Below are positions 9,895 through 19,556 of a stretch of 64,000 nt of DNA, one piece after another. The notes below the pieces were generated by a model. It saw only the letters and a program-made list of their open reading frames with translations, was not told the origin of the DNA and did no database searches. The position numbers and the translations under genes were made by a program. The stretch is taken from the NCBI GenBank assembly GCA_017609105.1, contig JAFCEQ010000001.1:47407-111406 (forward strand), given 5' to 3'. This stretch comes from Candidatus Parvarchaeota archaeon. Its GTDB lineage: Archaea; Nanobdellota; Nanobdellia; JAFCGN01. The first letter of the stretch is position 1. Every line of letters begins with the position of its first letter.

Positions 9895-9958
9895 TCTTAA
9901 TCTAACTTTTTTTCTTTATTTAAATATTTTCTTAATCTTATAAAAAATTTTTAATTTT

Positions 9959-10795
9959 TTAAAGATAATAATTAGAAATTATTTCTTTTTCAAAAGAAAG
10001 ATCATTGATAGTTTTGTGTTTTGCTGAAATAAGATTTTGTTCAAATTTTTTTATGATTTCTACATCTAAAAAATTTCCTTTAATGGTTTTATCATTTTTT
10101 GTTTTTAATCCAGGAACATTATACGCGTTTTCAGAACTAAATTCAAAATCAAAAGCTTGTGGGGATAAACACAAAGAAATATTACGTTTTCCATTTTCTA
10201 CGAGTTCAATATCTTGTTTAATAAAAAAGGAATTATTATTATCTAAAGTTCTTGAAATCACTACAGGGATTTCAGCTTCATTTTTAATAAATTTCAATAA
10301 AGAGTTGTCGCCTTTCACAAGATAAGCATCAGAAAATTGTTTTAAATAAAAATAAGAATTTGTAAGTGCAAGAACAGGTTTTTTATTAATATTCTTAACT
10401 TTATTATAGGATTCCAAAGCATTATCAATTGTGTTTTGGTCTAATAAAAGCATATTAATTATTGATGAAGTAATAAAAGGAGTTTCATTAGGTACTATAA
10501 TGTTTTCAGGAAAATCAATTAAAGGTTTTTTAGAATAACCTAAAAGAATAATTCTTCTTTCTCTTTCCAGGGAATCATTTAATTTAGTTAAAGATTCAAA
10601 AAAAGTGTTGTTATAAGGAGCATCCAAAAAAATTAATGTTGCTTCATCTTTTTTTTCATTAATAAAATGTGAAAGATTTTGAAAATAAGGAGAGTCATGA
10701 GTAAAACTATCATTAGCTAAAATCGTGATTAAATTTTCTTTTTCAATTTTCATTATAATATCCTCTCTATACTTAATAATATTCAATATTTTCAA
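9959..10795 (-). CDS. Hypothetical protein occupying the slot where archaeal adk normally sits; it has no P-loop
   Basis: 278-aa ORF between secY and the DUF106 gene, with no Walker A motif or other recognised motifs. Confidence 0.4.
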   Translation of the reverse strand: MKILNIIKYREDIIMKIEKENLITILANDSFTHDSPYFQNLSHFINEKKDEATLIFLDAPYNNTFFESLTKLNDSLERERRIILLGYSKKPLIDFPENIIVPNETPFITSSIINMLLLDQNTIDNALESYNKVKNINKKPVLALTNSYFYLKQFSDAYLVKGDNSLLKFIKNEAEIPVVISRTLDNNNSFFIKQDIELVENGKRNISLCLSPQAFDFEFSSENAYNVPGLKTKNDKTIKGNFLDVEIIKKFEQNLISAKHKTINDLSFEKEIISNYYL

Positions 10796-10799
10796 AGAG

Positions 10800-10952
10800 T
10801 TAATTCTTCTTGTTTTCTAAAGATTTAATGTATTCTTTTGCTTGTTTTCTGCTAAACCCATACCTGACTAATTGGTTTTCCAAAAAACTGAAATTATTAA
10901 CTCTTCCTTCTTTAATTGGAGGAGGTTGTCTTGCCATTTTTTTACCACCCAT
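10800..10952 (-). CDS. Possible small ORF (~50 aa) immediately downstream of secY
   Basis: Hand translation gives MGGKKMARQPPPIKEGRVNNFSFLENQLVRYGFSRKQAKEYIKSLENKKN. It is below the ORF-track cutoff and has no motif support. Confidence 0.2.
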   Translation of the reverse strand: MGGKKMARQPPPIKEGRVNNFSFLENQLVRYGFSRKQAKEYIKSLENKKN

Positions 10953-11054
10953 AAGTAATATCTATTTAGAATAAGAAAGAAAAACTACTATTTAAATGTT
11001 ACTATTTTATAGTGATAATTTAAAAAGTGTTGTGTGTGGATTGTTTTAGTTTTC

Positions 11055-12425
11055 TTATTTTTTGCTTAATTTTTTTATGAGTGAAATATTGCTTGTTCCT
11101 ATTTCTGGTTTTGCTCTTTCATAGAAGTCATATAATATCATGACTGTTAGGAGTATTCCTGTTCCTCTGCTTAATGCATCGAATAGGTCTGCTGTTACTG
11201 CGAGCAATCCTACTACGAATCCTCCCATCACGCTTAATGGTTTTATGTATCTGTTGAGTATTCTTTCTAATATTCTTTTGTCTCTTCTGAATCCTGGAAT
11301 GCTTAAACCGCTTGAAATGATTTGTTCTGCAACAGTGCCTGCGTCTTGTCCTCCTATGCTTACCCATAACACGCTGAATAGTATTGAGCCGAAAAGCATG
11401 AAGATTAGGTATACTAAAAGGTTTAGTCCTTGTTCTCCAAACAATCCGTAGTTTATTATCCTGCTTAGTTGTGGTTGTTGTATGTATTTTACTAATCCTG
11501 TTGCTGGAACATCTATTCCATTGCTTTTTTCAAAAGTTCCTAGTATTGGAACTCCCATTTTGTATAGTGATAATCCCCAGAATTGCATGCTTGCCATGAA
11601 TGCTGCGATAAGAATTACTGGTATGTTGCTTGTGTAAATAAATTTTAGGGGCCATGATATATTGTATCCTCTGATTCTTCCGTAACTTAGTGGAATGTTT
11701 ATTTTAATACTTTGAACGAATATGGAGAGTGCGAAAACAATAATTGTTGATAGGATTCTCATTATTGGCCAAAGAGTTTCTTTTACCATGCCTTGACTTA
11801 TTAAAATAATGATTGTTGGCAGGCTCCCAATAGGGTATCCTGTTGGTCCTTGTACAAAGGAAAACGCGTTTGTAAAAATTTGTTGGCTTACTCCTGCTGC
11901 TATGAATAAGCTTATCCCGGATCCAATACCCCACTTGCTTACGAGTTCATCAAGAAGCATTATGATGAATCCTCCTAACACGAGTTGGATTGCAAGTAGT
12001 GTTATATTAAATATTGTTCCTGTTGCTGATGGTAATGCTCCGGAAACAACGTATAGTGTGTTTTCTATGATTATGAAACCTATGGAGAATAATTTTTGGA
12101 TTCCTTGATATCTTTTTTTTCCTTCTTTTGTGGTTGTGTCTATTTTTATGACTTCTGCTCCTGTAAGTAATTGGAGTATGATGCTTGCAGTGACTATTGG
12201 CCCAATACCTAGTGTTATTAGTGAGCCAAATTTTGCTGCTAATAAAACACTTAGTGTTTCGAATTGTGCTTTGTAACCAGGATCTAATCCGTAGAGTGGT
12301 ATTAGTGATAGAATAAAATATGATATGAGTGCTAATCCTGTCCATTTAAGTTTTTCATCAAAGGATAATTTTTTTTTTGGAGAACTAACTTCAGGAAGGT
12401 TGTAGATAACTGTGTCAAAATTCAA
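11055..12425 (-). CDS. secY: Preprotein translocase subunit SecY
   Basis: 456 aa with ten predicted TM segments, at the conserved position after rpl15. Confidence 0.9.
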   Translation of the reverse strand: MNFDTVIYNLPEVSSPKKKLSFDEKLKWTGLALISYFILSLIPLYGLDPGYKAQFETLSVLLAAKFGSLITLGIGPIVTASIILQLLTGAEVIKIDTTTKEGKKRYQGIQKLFSIGFIIIENTLYVVSGALPSATGTIFNITLLAIQLVLGGFIIMLLDELVSKWGIGSGISLFIAAGVSQQIFTNAFSFVQGPTGYPIGSLPTIIILISQGMVKETLWPIMRILSTIIVFALSIFVQSIKINIPLSYGRIRGYNISWPLKFIYTSNIPVILIAAFMASMQFWGLSLYKMGVPILGTFEKSNGIDVPATGLVKYIQQPQLSRIINYGLFGEQGLNLLVYLIFMLFGSILFSVLWVSIGGQDAGTVAEQIISSGLSIPGFRRDKRILERILNRYIKPLSVMGGFVVGLLAVTADLFDALSRGTGILLTVMILYDFYERAKPEIGTSNISLIKKLSKK

Positions 12426-12795
12426 TTGCCTTGCCCCCTATTTTTTCTATTTTTTCTTTTGCTTTTTTAGTAAAGGATTGTGCTTTGATTGTTATTGCGT
12501 GTTTTAATACGCCGTTTCCTAATACTTTTGTTTTTGGGAGTTCTATGTTTTTGGTTTCTAATCTTTCTGTTAGAATATTTAATTGAGTTAAATTAATGTT
12601 AGCGAGTTTTGGCCTTATTTTTTTTGCTGTAAAACCACTGGGTTTTGTTTTTGGTGTGAGTTTCATCTTTTTTTGAGCGCTTCTTTTTCCGTGTCCTGCT
12701 CTTCCGAATCCTCCTCTATTTCCACTGCCTCTTCTTCTTAAACCCATTCTTCTTTGGTTTCCTCTTTTTTTTCGGCTTTTTTTTCTGCTTGTCAT
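12415..12795 (-). CDS. rpl15: 50S ribosomal protein uL15
   Basis: The Gly/Arg-rich N-terminus RRGSGNRGGFGRAGHGKR and operon position match uL15. Confidence 0.85.
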   Translation of the reverse strand: MTSRKKSRKKRGNQRRMGLRRRGSGNRGGFGRAGHGKRSAQKKMKLTPKTKPSGFTAKKIRPKLANINLTQLNILTERLETKNIELPKTKVLGNGVLKHAITIKAQSFTKKAKEKIEKIGGKAIEF

Positions 12796-12802
12796 TTTAG
12801 TT

Positions 12803-13141
12803 TCATCTCATTCGTTTGAATAATTCGTTTATTTTTTCTTTTTTGTCTCCTAATTCTCCTTTTTTCCCTGATAATCTTGTTTCTTTTTTGAATCCTCCTT
12901 TTGGAGGTTTTAATCTTAAAACTTTTTGATTATTGAACGCGTTTATTGTGTTTTCATCAGCAATTCCGTAAGCAACATAATCTTTTATTTTCTTTAAAAT
13001 TCCTTTTGTTGTTTCATTATTATCAAGTAAAACAGCATTAAATTTTTTTTTTAATCCAATAAGCTCCATTGCTTTTTTTATTCCTGTTTTTATTCCTACT
13101 TGTCCTCTTATTCTTATTACTAATATTTTGTTTGGTGTCAT
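12803..13141 (-). CDS. rpl30: 50S ribosomal protein uL30
   Basis: ILVIRIRGQVGIKTGIKKAMELIGLKKKFNAVLL is the uL30 fold signature. Confidence 0.85.
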   Translation of the reverse strand: MTPNKILVIRIRGQVGIKTGIKKAMELIGLKKKFNAVLLDNNETTKGILKKIKDYVAYGIADENTINAFNNQKVLRLKPPKGGFKKETRLSGKKGELGDKKEKINELFKRMR

Positions 13142-13872
13142 TCTTCTTTTCCTCCTTCTATGATTCCAGCTTGTTTAGCAAATTTTTTGTGATACTTTGT
13201 TTTTGTTAATTTTTTTAATGCTCTCATTGTTGCTATGGTTAGGTTAATCCTGCTGTTTGTTTGTCCTTTTGTTCTTGACCACACGTCTTTTATTCCAGCA
13301 AGTTCTAGTATTTTTTTTGCTTCATCATGAACTACTAATCCTACTCCTTTTGGCGCAGGTAGTAAATCAATTCTAACGCTTGAGCATCTGCCGCTTACTT
13401 TGAAGGGTATTGAATGAGTTTCTCCGCAATTACACTCCCATGAACCGCATCCTCTTTTTATTCTTATTAAGTTTAATTTTGCTTTTTTTAGGGCTTTTTC
13501 TCTTGCTGGGAATGTTTCGTGGCTTCCTGCCATTCCAACACCAACATAACCGTTCCTGTTTCCTACAACCACCATTACACTGAATTTTGGCTTGTTTCCT
13601 TCTGCTGTCTTTTTTTGTGTTTGTTTAAAGGCTCTTCTTTGGCCTCCTCCGAATTTTCCTTTTGCTTGTCCGATGAGTATTAAATCATGTTCTAGATTAG
13701 GCATTAATTTATCTATGATTTCTGGTTCTCTTATTACATATCCTTTGTTAAAAATTTCATCAATATTAGTTATTTCTGCGTTTTTTACTTTTTTACCTAG
13801 TTCTGTTTTTGGAATCCATGAATCTGTTTCTGAAATTGTTTCAACTTTGTTTTTATTTTTTCTTTCTGCCAA
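13138..13872 (-). CDS. rps5: 30S ribosomal protein uS5
   Basis: VVVGNRNGYVGVGMAGSHETFPAREKALKKAKLNLIRI...GVGLVVHDEAKKILELAGIKDVW is canonical uS5. Confidence 0.9.
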   Translation of the reverse strand: MAERKNKNKVETISETDSWIPKTELGKKVKNAEITNIDEIFNKGYVIREPEIIDKLMPNLEHDLILIGQAKGKFGGGQRRAFKQTQKKTAEGNKPKFSVMVVVGNRNGYVGVGMAGSHETFPAREKALKKAKLNLIRIKRGCGSWECNCGETHSIPFKVSGRCSSVRIDLLPAPKGVGLVVHDEAKKILELAGIKDVWSRTKGQTNSRINLTIATMRALKKLTKTKYHKKFAKQAGIIEGGKEE

Positions 13873-14371
13873 ACTTCATCTCCTCTATTGTTTTTTTTAT
13901 TTTTTCAAAATCTTGTTTAATTTTTAAATGCTCTCCTTTTATTCTTTCTTCTGAAGGCATGATTTCAGGGTCATAATTTATTTTTATTCCACCGTCTGTT
14001 ATTCCTTTGATGAATGCCATGATTGAACATCCTTTGATTATGAAATGTAATCCTGTGTCAGGAACTACTTCTTTTATTTTGTTGTTTAATGCTTTTTTTG
14101 CAAGTAAGTAGCCTGTTAAGTATGATGCTGTTATGTTTTTCGTGTTTTCTCCTTTCCAACCGAGATTTAGTAATTCTTTTGAGTTTACTGTTATTAGGAT
14201 TTTATCTCCTTTTTCATTGTATTCAGCGATTTGCCCGATTACGCGTTTGTTTGTTTTTCTTATGATTAATCTTGGTTTTCTGCTTTTTAATAATGCTAAT
14301 CTCTTCTTATAATTAGTTTTTTGTTCTCTTCTTCTCCTGTATTTCACCACATATGTTGCTTTTTTTGCCAT
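13853..14371 (-). CDS. rpl18: 50S ribosomal protein uL18
   Basis: YRRRREQKTNYKKRLALLKSRKPRLIIRKTNKRVIGQI is the uL18 N-terminus. Confidence 0.9.
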   Translation of the reverse strand: MAKKATYVVKYRRRREQKTNYKKRLALLKSRKPRLIIRKTNKRVIGQIAEYNEKGDKILITVNSKELLNLGWKGENTKNITASYLTGYLLAKKALNNKIKEVVPDTGLHFIIKGCSIMAFIKGITDGGIKINYDPEIMPSEERIKGEHLKIKQDFEKIKKTIEEMKFGRKKK

Positions 14372-14534
14372 TTTTCCACCAATTTCATTCTTAATTACTC
14401 TTTTATTTTACCTTATTTTTTTCCTGCCACCTTATTCTTTATTTTCTTTTTTCTCCTCTTGCTTACCTTATTTTTCTCTTCTCCATCCCCTATTTTTTGT
14501 TTTCTTTTTTCTCCCTTTGTTTTGCCTTATTTTT
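14372..14534. repeat. ~160-nt leader/intergenic element, copy A (5' of rpl18, 3' of rpl19e); near-identical to copy B
   Basis: catttttccaccaatttcattcttaattactcttttattttaccttatttttttcctgccaccttattctttattttcttttttctcctcttgcttaccttatttttctcttctccatcccctattttttgttttcttttttctccctttgttttgccttattttt matches 15166-15326 with only a few substitutions and indels. Confidence 0.7.
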
Positions 14535-15165
14535 TTGTCTTTTTTTCTTTTTTCTCTGTGTTTTTCTTTGTTTTACTTGTTTTCGCGCGTTCTTCTTGTT
14601 TTACTTGTTTTTTTTGTGTTTCTTGTTTTTTTTGTTTCTTGTTTTGGTTTTCTTTTTCTTGTGCTTTGTTTTTTAGTAGTTCTTTTAATTTTTTTTCTTT
14701 GTTTTCTTTGTATTTGGTTAAATCTTTTTTCATTGTTTTTGTTAGGTAGAGTTCAAGGTGTGAGATGCTTCTGAAAAAGTTTCCTTTTGATTTTAAGTAT
14801 AATTCTCTGTATTCTTTGTTAGTGATTATTTTTGAGTTTTTTAATTCTTTTAGGAATCTTCTTTGAGGTCTTATCTTATTTATCCATCTTCTTTTCTTTG
14901 GATTTCTTGCTTTGAAGGTTCCTTTTCTTTTGCCTTGCCCGCTTCTTCTTCCTTTTCTTTTTTGTGCTAGTACTTTTTTCTTTCTTCCTGAGCTTATTCC
15001 TTTTTTTTGTTTTTTTGTTATGATTTTGTTTTTTATTAATGAACGAACATCTGCTCTTGTGATTGCTTCTTTTATTTCTTTGAGTTTTTCAACATTGAAT
15101 TTAACTCTTTTTTTTCCTGCTTTCAGTAGTTTTGCTCCTAATCTTTTTTGTGTTCTTAATTTCAT
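14527..15165 (-). CDS. rpl19e: 50S ribosomal protein eL19 with a K-rich C-terminal tail
   Basis: MKLRTQKRLGAKLLKAGKKRVKFN...GRRSGQGKRKGT matches eL19. Confidence 0.9.
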   Translation of the reverse strand: MKLRTQKRLGAKLLKAGKKRVKFNVEKLKEIKEAITRADVRSLIKNKIITKKQKKGISSGRKKKVLAQKRKGRRSGQGKRKGTFKARNPKKRRWINKIRPQRRFLKELKNSKIITNKEYRELYLKSKGNFFRSISHLELYLTKTMKKDLTKYKENKEKKLKELLKNKAQEKENQNKKQKKQETQKKQVKQEERAKTSKTKKNTEKKEKKTKK

Positions 15166-15326
15166 TTATTCCACCATTTCATTCTTAATTATTCTTTTTT
15201 GCCTTATTTTTTTCCTGCCACCTTATTCTTTATTTTCTTTTTTCTCCTCTTGCTTACCTTATTTTTCTCTTCTCCATCCCTATTCTTTGTTTTCTTTTTT
15301 CTCCCTTTGTTTTGCCTTATTTTTTA
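15166..15326. repeat. ~160-nt leader/intergenic element, copy B (5' of rpl19e, 3' of rpl32e)
   Basis: Near-identical to 14372-14534, including the SD-like GGTGG immediately upstream of the ATG. Confidence 0.7.
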
Positions 15327-15372
15327 TTTTTCCTGCCTTTGCTTGCCCTGCACCTTGTTTTCGGATTTTTTT

Positions 15373-15984
15373 TTATCTTCCTCTGTTGCTATCGCCTTTG
15401 AAAGATTTTGTTTCTTTTGTTGTTCTTGTTGTTTTTTTAATTTTGTTAATGCTTTGTTTTTCTTCTGTTATTTCTTTTTGTTCTTGCTTTATTTCTGGTT
15501 TTCCTGTTTTTGCTTTTTCTTTTTCAGCTTTTTCTTTTGCTTTTTTCATTCTTTCTTTCTTTTTGTTTTTTCTTTGTTCTGATTTCTTTTTTCTTTCTTT
15601 GATTTCTTTTTGTATTTTCTCTAATTTTTTTTCAATTTTTTTAGTGTTCGCTATTCTTATTTTGAGTTTTAAAGCATTTTCTAGGATTTCTTTTATTGTT
15701 TTTTTGCTGAGTTTTGAGTTTAAGACGAATATGTAATTGTTAAGAGTGTCTTTTTTTTCTTCTATTATTTTTTTAAATTGTTTTTTTGAGTTAATGATTA
15801 TTTGTTCTAATCCTGATGGGTGTTTGAATCTTTGGTTTTTTGGTTTCATAAAGCTTGGGTCTGGCATTTTAAAAGTTTTTTTCTCTTTTCTTCTGACTTT
15901 TGAGTGCATGCCTTTTGGTTTCCTCCATGCCATGCTAAGTTTTTTTCTTTTATGAAATTCTCTTCTATGAAATTTTTTACTCAT
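15373..15984 (-). CDS. rpl32e: 50S ribosomal protein eL32 with a long K/E-rich C-terminal tail
   Basis: WRKPKGMHSKVRRKEKK...KHPSGLEQ...IRIANTK matches the eL32 core (WRKPRG..N.VRR, PSG, I.VTN). It lies between rpl6 and rpl19e. Confidence 0.85.
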   Translation of the reverse strand: MSKKFHRREFHKRKKLSMAWRKPKGMHSKVRRKEKKTFKMPDPSFMKPKNQRFKHPSGLEQIIINSKKQFKKIIEEKKDTLNNYIFVLNSKLSKKTIKEILENALKLKIRIANTKKIEKKLEKIQKEIKERKKKSEQRKNKKKERMKKAKEKAEKEKAKTGKPEIKQEQKEITEEKQSINKIKKTTRTTKETKSFKGDSNRGR

Positions 15985-15989
15985 TCAAA

Positions 15990-16520
15990 TCACACTTTTT
16001 TATCATGTTTTTTTGTTATGAATATCCCGTCTTGGAATACTCTTTTATCATATCCTATTACTCTTGTAGCATTTTCTATGTTCGCAGCGCTTTGTGCTAC
16101 GTGTTCTATGTTATGTCCTTTTATGGTAATCGTATCTCCTTTAATATCTATTTTAACGTCTGGAAAGATTTTTGTTTTTCTTGGTTTTTTTTCTCCTAAA
16201 AAGTTTTTAATTATGATTTCTGTTCCTTTATTCTCTACTGTCATTGGAAAATGTTTATAACAAATTTTGAGTTGGTATTCAAAATCTTCTAAAAGTCCTT
16301 TAATCATGTTTTTTATGTGTGAAACATTTGTTTTCAATATTCTTTTCATTTTTCTTGTTTCTCCTTTTACTTCTAGTATTATTTTGTTTTCTTTTAATTG
16401 AACAGAAAGAAGAGGGTTATTGAAAATTCTTTCATTTGTCTTCCCGTCTTTAGTTAGGATTAGTTTTTTTTCTTTGTATTCTCCTGTTATGCCTTCTGGG
16501 ATTATAATTTCTTCTTTCAT
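15990..16520 (-). CDS. rpl6: 50S ribosomal protein uL6
   Basis: Two-domain uL6 pattern: PEGITGEYKEKKLILTKDGKT...KGDTITIKGHNIEHVAQSAANIENATRV. Confidence 0.9.
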   Translation of the reverse strand: MKEEIIIPEGITGEYKEKKLILTKDGKTNERIFNNPLLSVQLKENKIILEVKGETRKMKRILKTNVSHIKNMIKGLLEDFEYQLKICYKHFPMTVENKGTEIIIKNFLGEKKPRKTKIFPDVKIDIKGDTITIKGHNIEHVAQSAANIENATRVIGYDKRVFQDGIFITKKHDKKV

Positions 16521-16532
16521 TCATGAACACCT

Positions 16533-16937
16533 TTAATAAACATAAGCGAGTAAGATTCCTCCAAGTCCTTGTTTTCTTGCTTCTTCATGAGTCATTATTC
16601 CTTTTGAAGTGCTGACAATTAAGAAGCCAAAACTTTTTGCTGGTAGATATCTTTTCTCATATTTCTCAATTTCATCTTTTTTGAATGGGATTCGTGGTTT
16701 TATTACTGCGCACTTATTTATTTTTGAAATTAATTGTAATCTTATTTGTCCTCCTCTCTTGTCATCAATGTATTCAAAATCACCAACATAATTGTTTTGA
16801 TTTAAGATTTTTAATATTCTTCTTATTACATTTGATACTGGTTTAAGTAAAACTTCTTTTTTCCTAACTCTTTCTGCATTATTTATTTTGCTTAAAACAT
16901 CTGCTAATACATCATGTCTCATTTTTTTATACCTCAT
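16533..16937 (-). CDS. rps8: 30S ribosomal protein uS8
   Basis: [23 protein letters not shown]...[31 protein letters not shown]. Confidence 0.9.
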   Translation of the reverse strand: MRYKKMRHDVLADVLSKINNAERVRKKEVLLKPVSNVIRRILKILNQNNYVGDFEYIDDKRGGQIRLQLISKINKCAVIKPRIPFKKDEIEKYEKRYLPAKSFGFLIVSTSKGIMTHEEARKQGLGGILLAYVY

Positions 16938-17166
16938 GTCCTTTTTTTCTAAATCCTAATTCGTGCGCTATTTCCCTGAAACATTGTCTGCAAACATTAA
17001 GATCGTATTTTCTTATGTGAGCACCGTATCTACCGCATCTTGAACATTTTCTTGCTCCGATTCCTTGTTTTCTTTTTTTAGGAATATTATGCTTTTTGAA
17101 CCTAACAACTTTATTTTTTTTATGCTTTATTTGTTTCAATATTTTTTCATATGAGCCTGTTGTCAT
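16927..17166 (-). CDS. rps14: 30S ribosomal protein uS14 (zinc-binding type)
   Basis: [25 protein letters not shown] Zn-ribbon. Confidence 0.9.
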   Translation of the reverse strand: MTTGSYEKILKQIKHKKNKVVRFKKHNIPKKRKQGIGARKCSRCGRYGAHIRKYDLNVCRQCFREIAHELGFRKKGHEV

Positions 17167-17678
17167 ACTATTTCAACTCCGAAATTTTTTTTCATGTATT
17201 CTATTGCTTCTTCTTTTGTAATCTTGTGTTTTTTTCCTATTTTATTCTTTTTTCTTGCTCTTTTCTTTACTCTGTACCCGGGTCGTTCTAAGGTTATGCA
17301 AACATTAAATCCAATTATTCCAATATCTGGCATGTATTTAGCGTCAGGAATGTCTATATATTCTTTAATACTAAAATTGATATTGCCGTTATTGTCAAAA
17401 TTGCTTTGTTTTAATTTATTGCCAAGTGCTTTTAATAGTTTTTTTAATGATTCTTCTGCTTTTTTACCTCTTAATGTTGTTTTAATGCCAATAGTTAATC
17501 CTGGTCTCACGCCCCACGCTGGAATTCTTTTTTTTGTTGTTGTCTTAATTGCTTTGTGTTCAAACAAGGTTTCAATAAGTTTTTGAGCTTTCTCTAATCT
17601 TGGGCCTGCTTCCCCTACGCCTATGTTTATTGTAATTTTTTCTATTTTCGTGTTTTTCATGGGATTCATTATTTTCAC
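17163..17678 (-). CDS. rpl5: 50S ribosomal protein uL5
   Basis: [12 protein letters not shown]...[21 protein letters not shown]. Confidence 0.9.
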   Translation of the reverse strand: MKIMNPMKNTKIEKITINIGVGEAGPRLEKAQKLIETLFEHKAIKTTTKKRIPAWGVRPGLTIGIKTTLRGKKAEESLKKLLKALGNKLKQSNFDNNGNINFSIKEYIDIPDAKYMPDIGIIGFNVCITLERPGYRVKKRARKKNKIGKKHKITKEEAIEYMKKNFGVEIV

Positions 17679-18388
17679 CTTATTTTAATTGCAGGCTTCT
17701 CCTTACCAACCACAAAAGCGTAGTTTTCAAGAGTATCGTATTCTTTATTATTTTCTCCAATAAGTGCTACTTTATTTTTTTGAGGGCCTTTATATTCTAT
17801 TATTTCTTTTATTTTTGCTATTTCACCAGCGTGTTTTCCTGCTAAAATCATTACTTTCATTCCTTTTTCAAAAGGCATGTATTCTATGATTTTTTGTTCT
17901 GGGAGTTGAATGAGTAAGGAAGCTTCTGTTTTGTATTTTTTTGCTTCTTTGTCAGCGAGTTTTATGTTTCTCCCGTCATTTAAGTTTAATTGAGTGAATC
18001 CTTTCTTTAATTTTGTCTTGTTTATTATCATTACAATTTTTTTATTGTTTTCTGCTTCATTTATTTCTATAGGCCATAATCTTCCTTTTTCATTGAGCGT
18101 GATTCTATAATATTTTTTTATTTTTGGAAATTCTATTACATCCATGAAGCCCACTGGGAATTTATGACTCTTAACTTTTCTTTTATCAACAAGCACTTCT
18201 TTATCATTGATTAATCTTTTAACTTCTTTTAATGAACTTGCAAAACCAAGAACATCTCTTAAAAGTATTGCTATTGGCATTGCATGTTTTTTATTATGAG
18301 GTCCTGGAAGTAGGGATATTACAAATTTTTTTTCTTTTCTTTTGATTCCCCAAGTTTTTGGGGCTTTTAATGTTTTTAAATGACTCAT
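17675..18388 (-). CDS. rps4e: 30S ribosomal protein eS4
   Basis: MSHLKTLKAPKTWGIKRKEKKFVISLLPGPH...FPVGFMDVIEF. Confidence 0.9.
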   Translation of the reverse strand: MSHLKTLKAPKTWGIKRKEKKFVISLLPGPHNKKHAMPIAILLRDVLGFASSLKEVKRLINDKEVLVDKRKVKSHKFPVGFMDVIEFPKIKKYYRITLNEKGRLWPIEINEAENNKKIVMIINKTKLKKGFTQLNLNDGRNIKLADKEAKKYKTEASLLIQLPEQKIIEYMPFEKGMKVMILAGKHAGEIAKIKEIIEYKGPQKNKVALIGENNKEYDTLENYAFVVGKEKPAIKIR

Positions 18389-18759
18389 TTATTTTTCACC
18401 TTCTCTGAACTTTTTGTTGTTTTCTTATTAAATCTCTTACTATCATTCGTGTTTGGATTAATTATTAAAAGATTTGAAACATGAATTGGTCTTTTAACTT
18501 TTGAACCGTCATTTTTTATTAATTCAACTCCGCTTACAAAAGCTGTTGATTTCTTTAAATCTACTTTTTCAACTTTTCCTTTTATTCCTTTGAAATCTCC
18601 TCTCATCACAATAACTTCATCTCCTTTTCTTAATTGAAGTTTTTTTCCGTAAAGTTTTCTTCCTTCTTTTGAAACCTTAGCATGAGCCATTTTTTGTTTT
18701 TTATGAAGAGGCGCGTTTCTTGCTCTTCTTCTTTGTTTTCTTGGACTAATTGTTTTCAT
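18385..18759 (-). CDS. rpl24: 50S ribosomal protein uL24 (KOW)
   Basis: LRKGDEVIVMRGDFKGIKGKVEKVDLKKSTAFVSGVE. Confidence 0.9.
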   Translation of the reverse strand: MKTISPRKQRRRARNAPLHKKQKMAHAKVSKEGRKLYGKKLQLRKGDEVIVMRGDFKGIKGKVEKVDLKKSTAFVSGVELIKNDGSKVKRPIHVSNLLIINPNTNDSKRFNKKTTKSSEKVKNK

Positions 18760-18762
18760 TTT

Positions 18763-19167
18763 TTACACCACGATATTAGCTATTTTTCCGATTTTAGGCC
18801 ATCTTTCTATTACTTCTTTTGCAACAGGGCCTTTGATAATAGAACCTTTTGGAAGCCCTTCTTTAACATCTCTTAAAACAATTGCAGCATTATCATGAAA
18901 TTTTATTCTTGTTCCGTCAGGACGTCTTATTTCTCTTCTTTGCCTAATTATAACGCAATTAACTATTTTGTGTCTCATATCAGGATTTCCTGTTTTAACA
19001 GAGCAAAGCACGAGATCCCCGATTCCTGCACTAGCAATTCTTCTCTTAACTCCTTTGTAATTCTTAACACCAATTATTTCCACAATCTTAGCACCGCTAT
19101 TATCAGCTACTGTTAGTCTTGCTCCTACGGGAAGCCCTCGTGTTATTTTTGATGATATTGCTTTCAT
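18763..19167 (-). CDS. rpl14: 50S ribosomal protein uL14
   Basis: [21 protein letters not shown]...[17 protein letters not shown]. Confidence 0.9.
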   Translation of the reverse strand: MKAISSKITRGLPVGARLTVADNSGAKIVEIIGVKNYKGVKRRIASAGIGDLVLCSVKTGNPDMRHKIVNCVIIRQRREIRRPDGTRIKFHDNAAIVLRDVKEGLPKGSIIKGPVAKEVIERWPKIGKIANIVV

Positions 19168-19174
19168 TTTTCAA

Positions 19175-19540
19175 TCACATTTTTTGTATTATCACAAATT
19201 TTTTGGTTTTGCTTAAAGGCCTGCACTCCATTATCTTAACTTTATCTCCTACTTCAATGTTAATGCATGGAGGAACATGAACTGTTATCTTGCTTCTTTT
19301 TTTCATGTATCTTTCGTATTTTGGAACTTTAACAAGCCTATTCCATGAGACAACAGCGGATTTGTCCATTTTGTTGGAAACAACTTTTGCTTCCAATATT
19401 TTTCCTCTTACAGTTAATTTACCGTGAAAGGGACAATTAATATCATTGCAAGTTTTTTCTGGAGGAACAATATTTAAGATGCCTATGTTCCTGCTTGTGC
19501 TATTTTTTTCTTTTTTTATTTCTTTTTTTGTGTTTTTCAT
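19175..19540 (-). CDS. rps17: 30S ribosomal protein uS17
   Basis: GKLTVRGKILEAKVVSNKMDKSAVVSWNRLVKVPKYERYMKKRSKITVHVPPCINIEVGDKVKIMECRPLSKTKKFVI. Confidence 0.9.
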   Translation of the reverse strand: MKNTKKEIKKEKNSTSRNIGILNIVPPEKTCNDINCPFHGKLTVRGKILEAKVVSNKMDKSAVVSWNRLVKVPKYERYMKKRSKITVHVPPCINIEVGDKVKIMECRPLSKTKKFVIIQKM

Positions 19541-19556
19541 TTACTCCACCTTTTTT

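Noticed and set aside
11128-12345. Minus-strand ORFs 11128-11367, 11704-11934 and 12007-12345 inside secY
   Set aside because: They are alternative frames of the secY coding region with R/H/N-rich nonsense products.
14321-15736. Long plus-strand ORFs (14321-14749, 14517-14774, 14912-15736, 15199-15582) rich in F/L/S/C
   Set aside because: They are antisense translations of the purine-rich tail-coding and leader tracts of rpl19e and rpl32e. They are extreme low-complexity and overlap solid minus-strand ribosomal genes.
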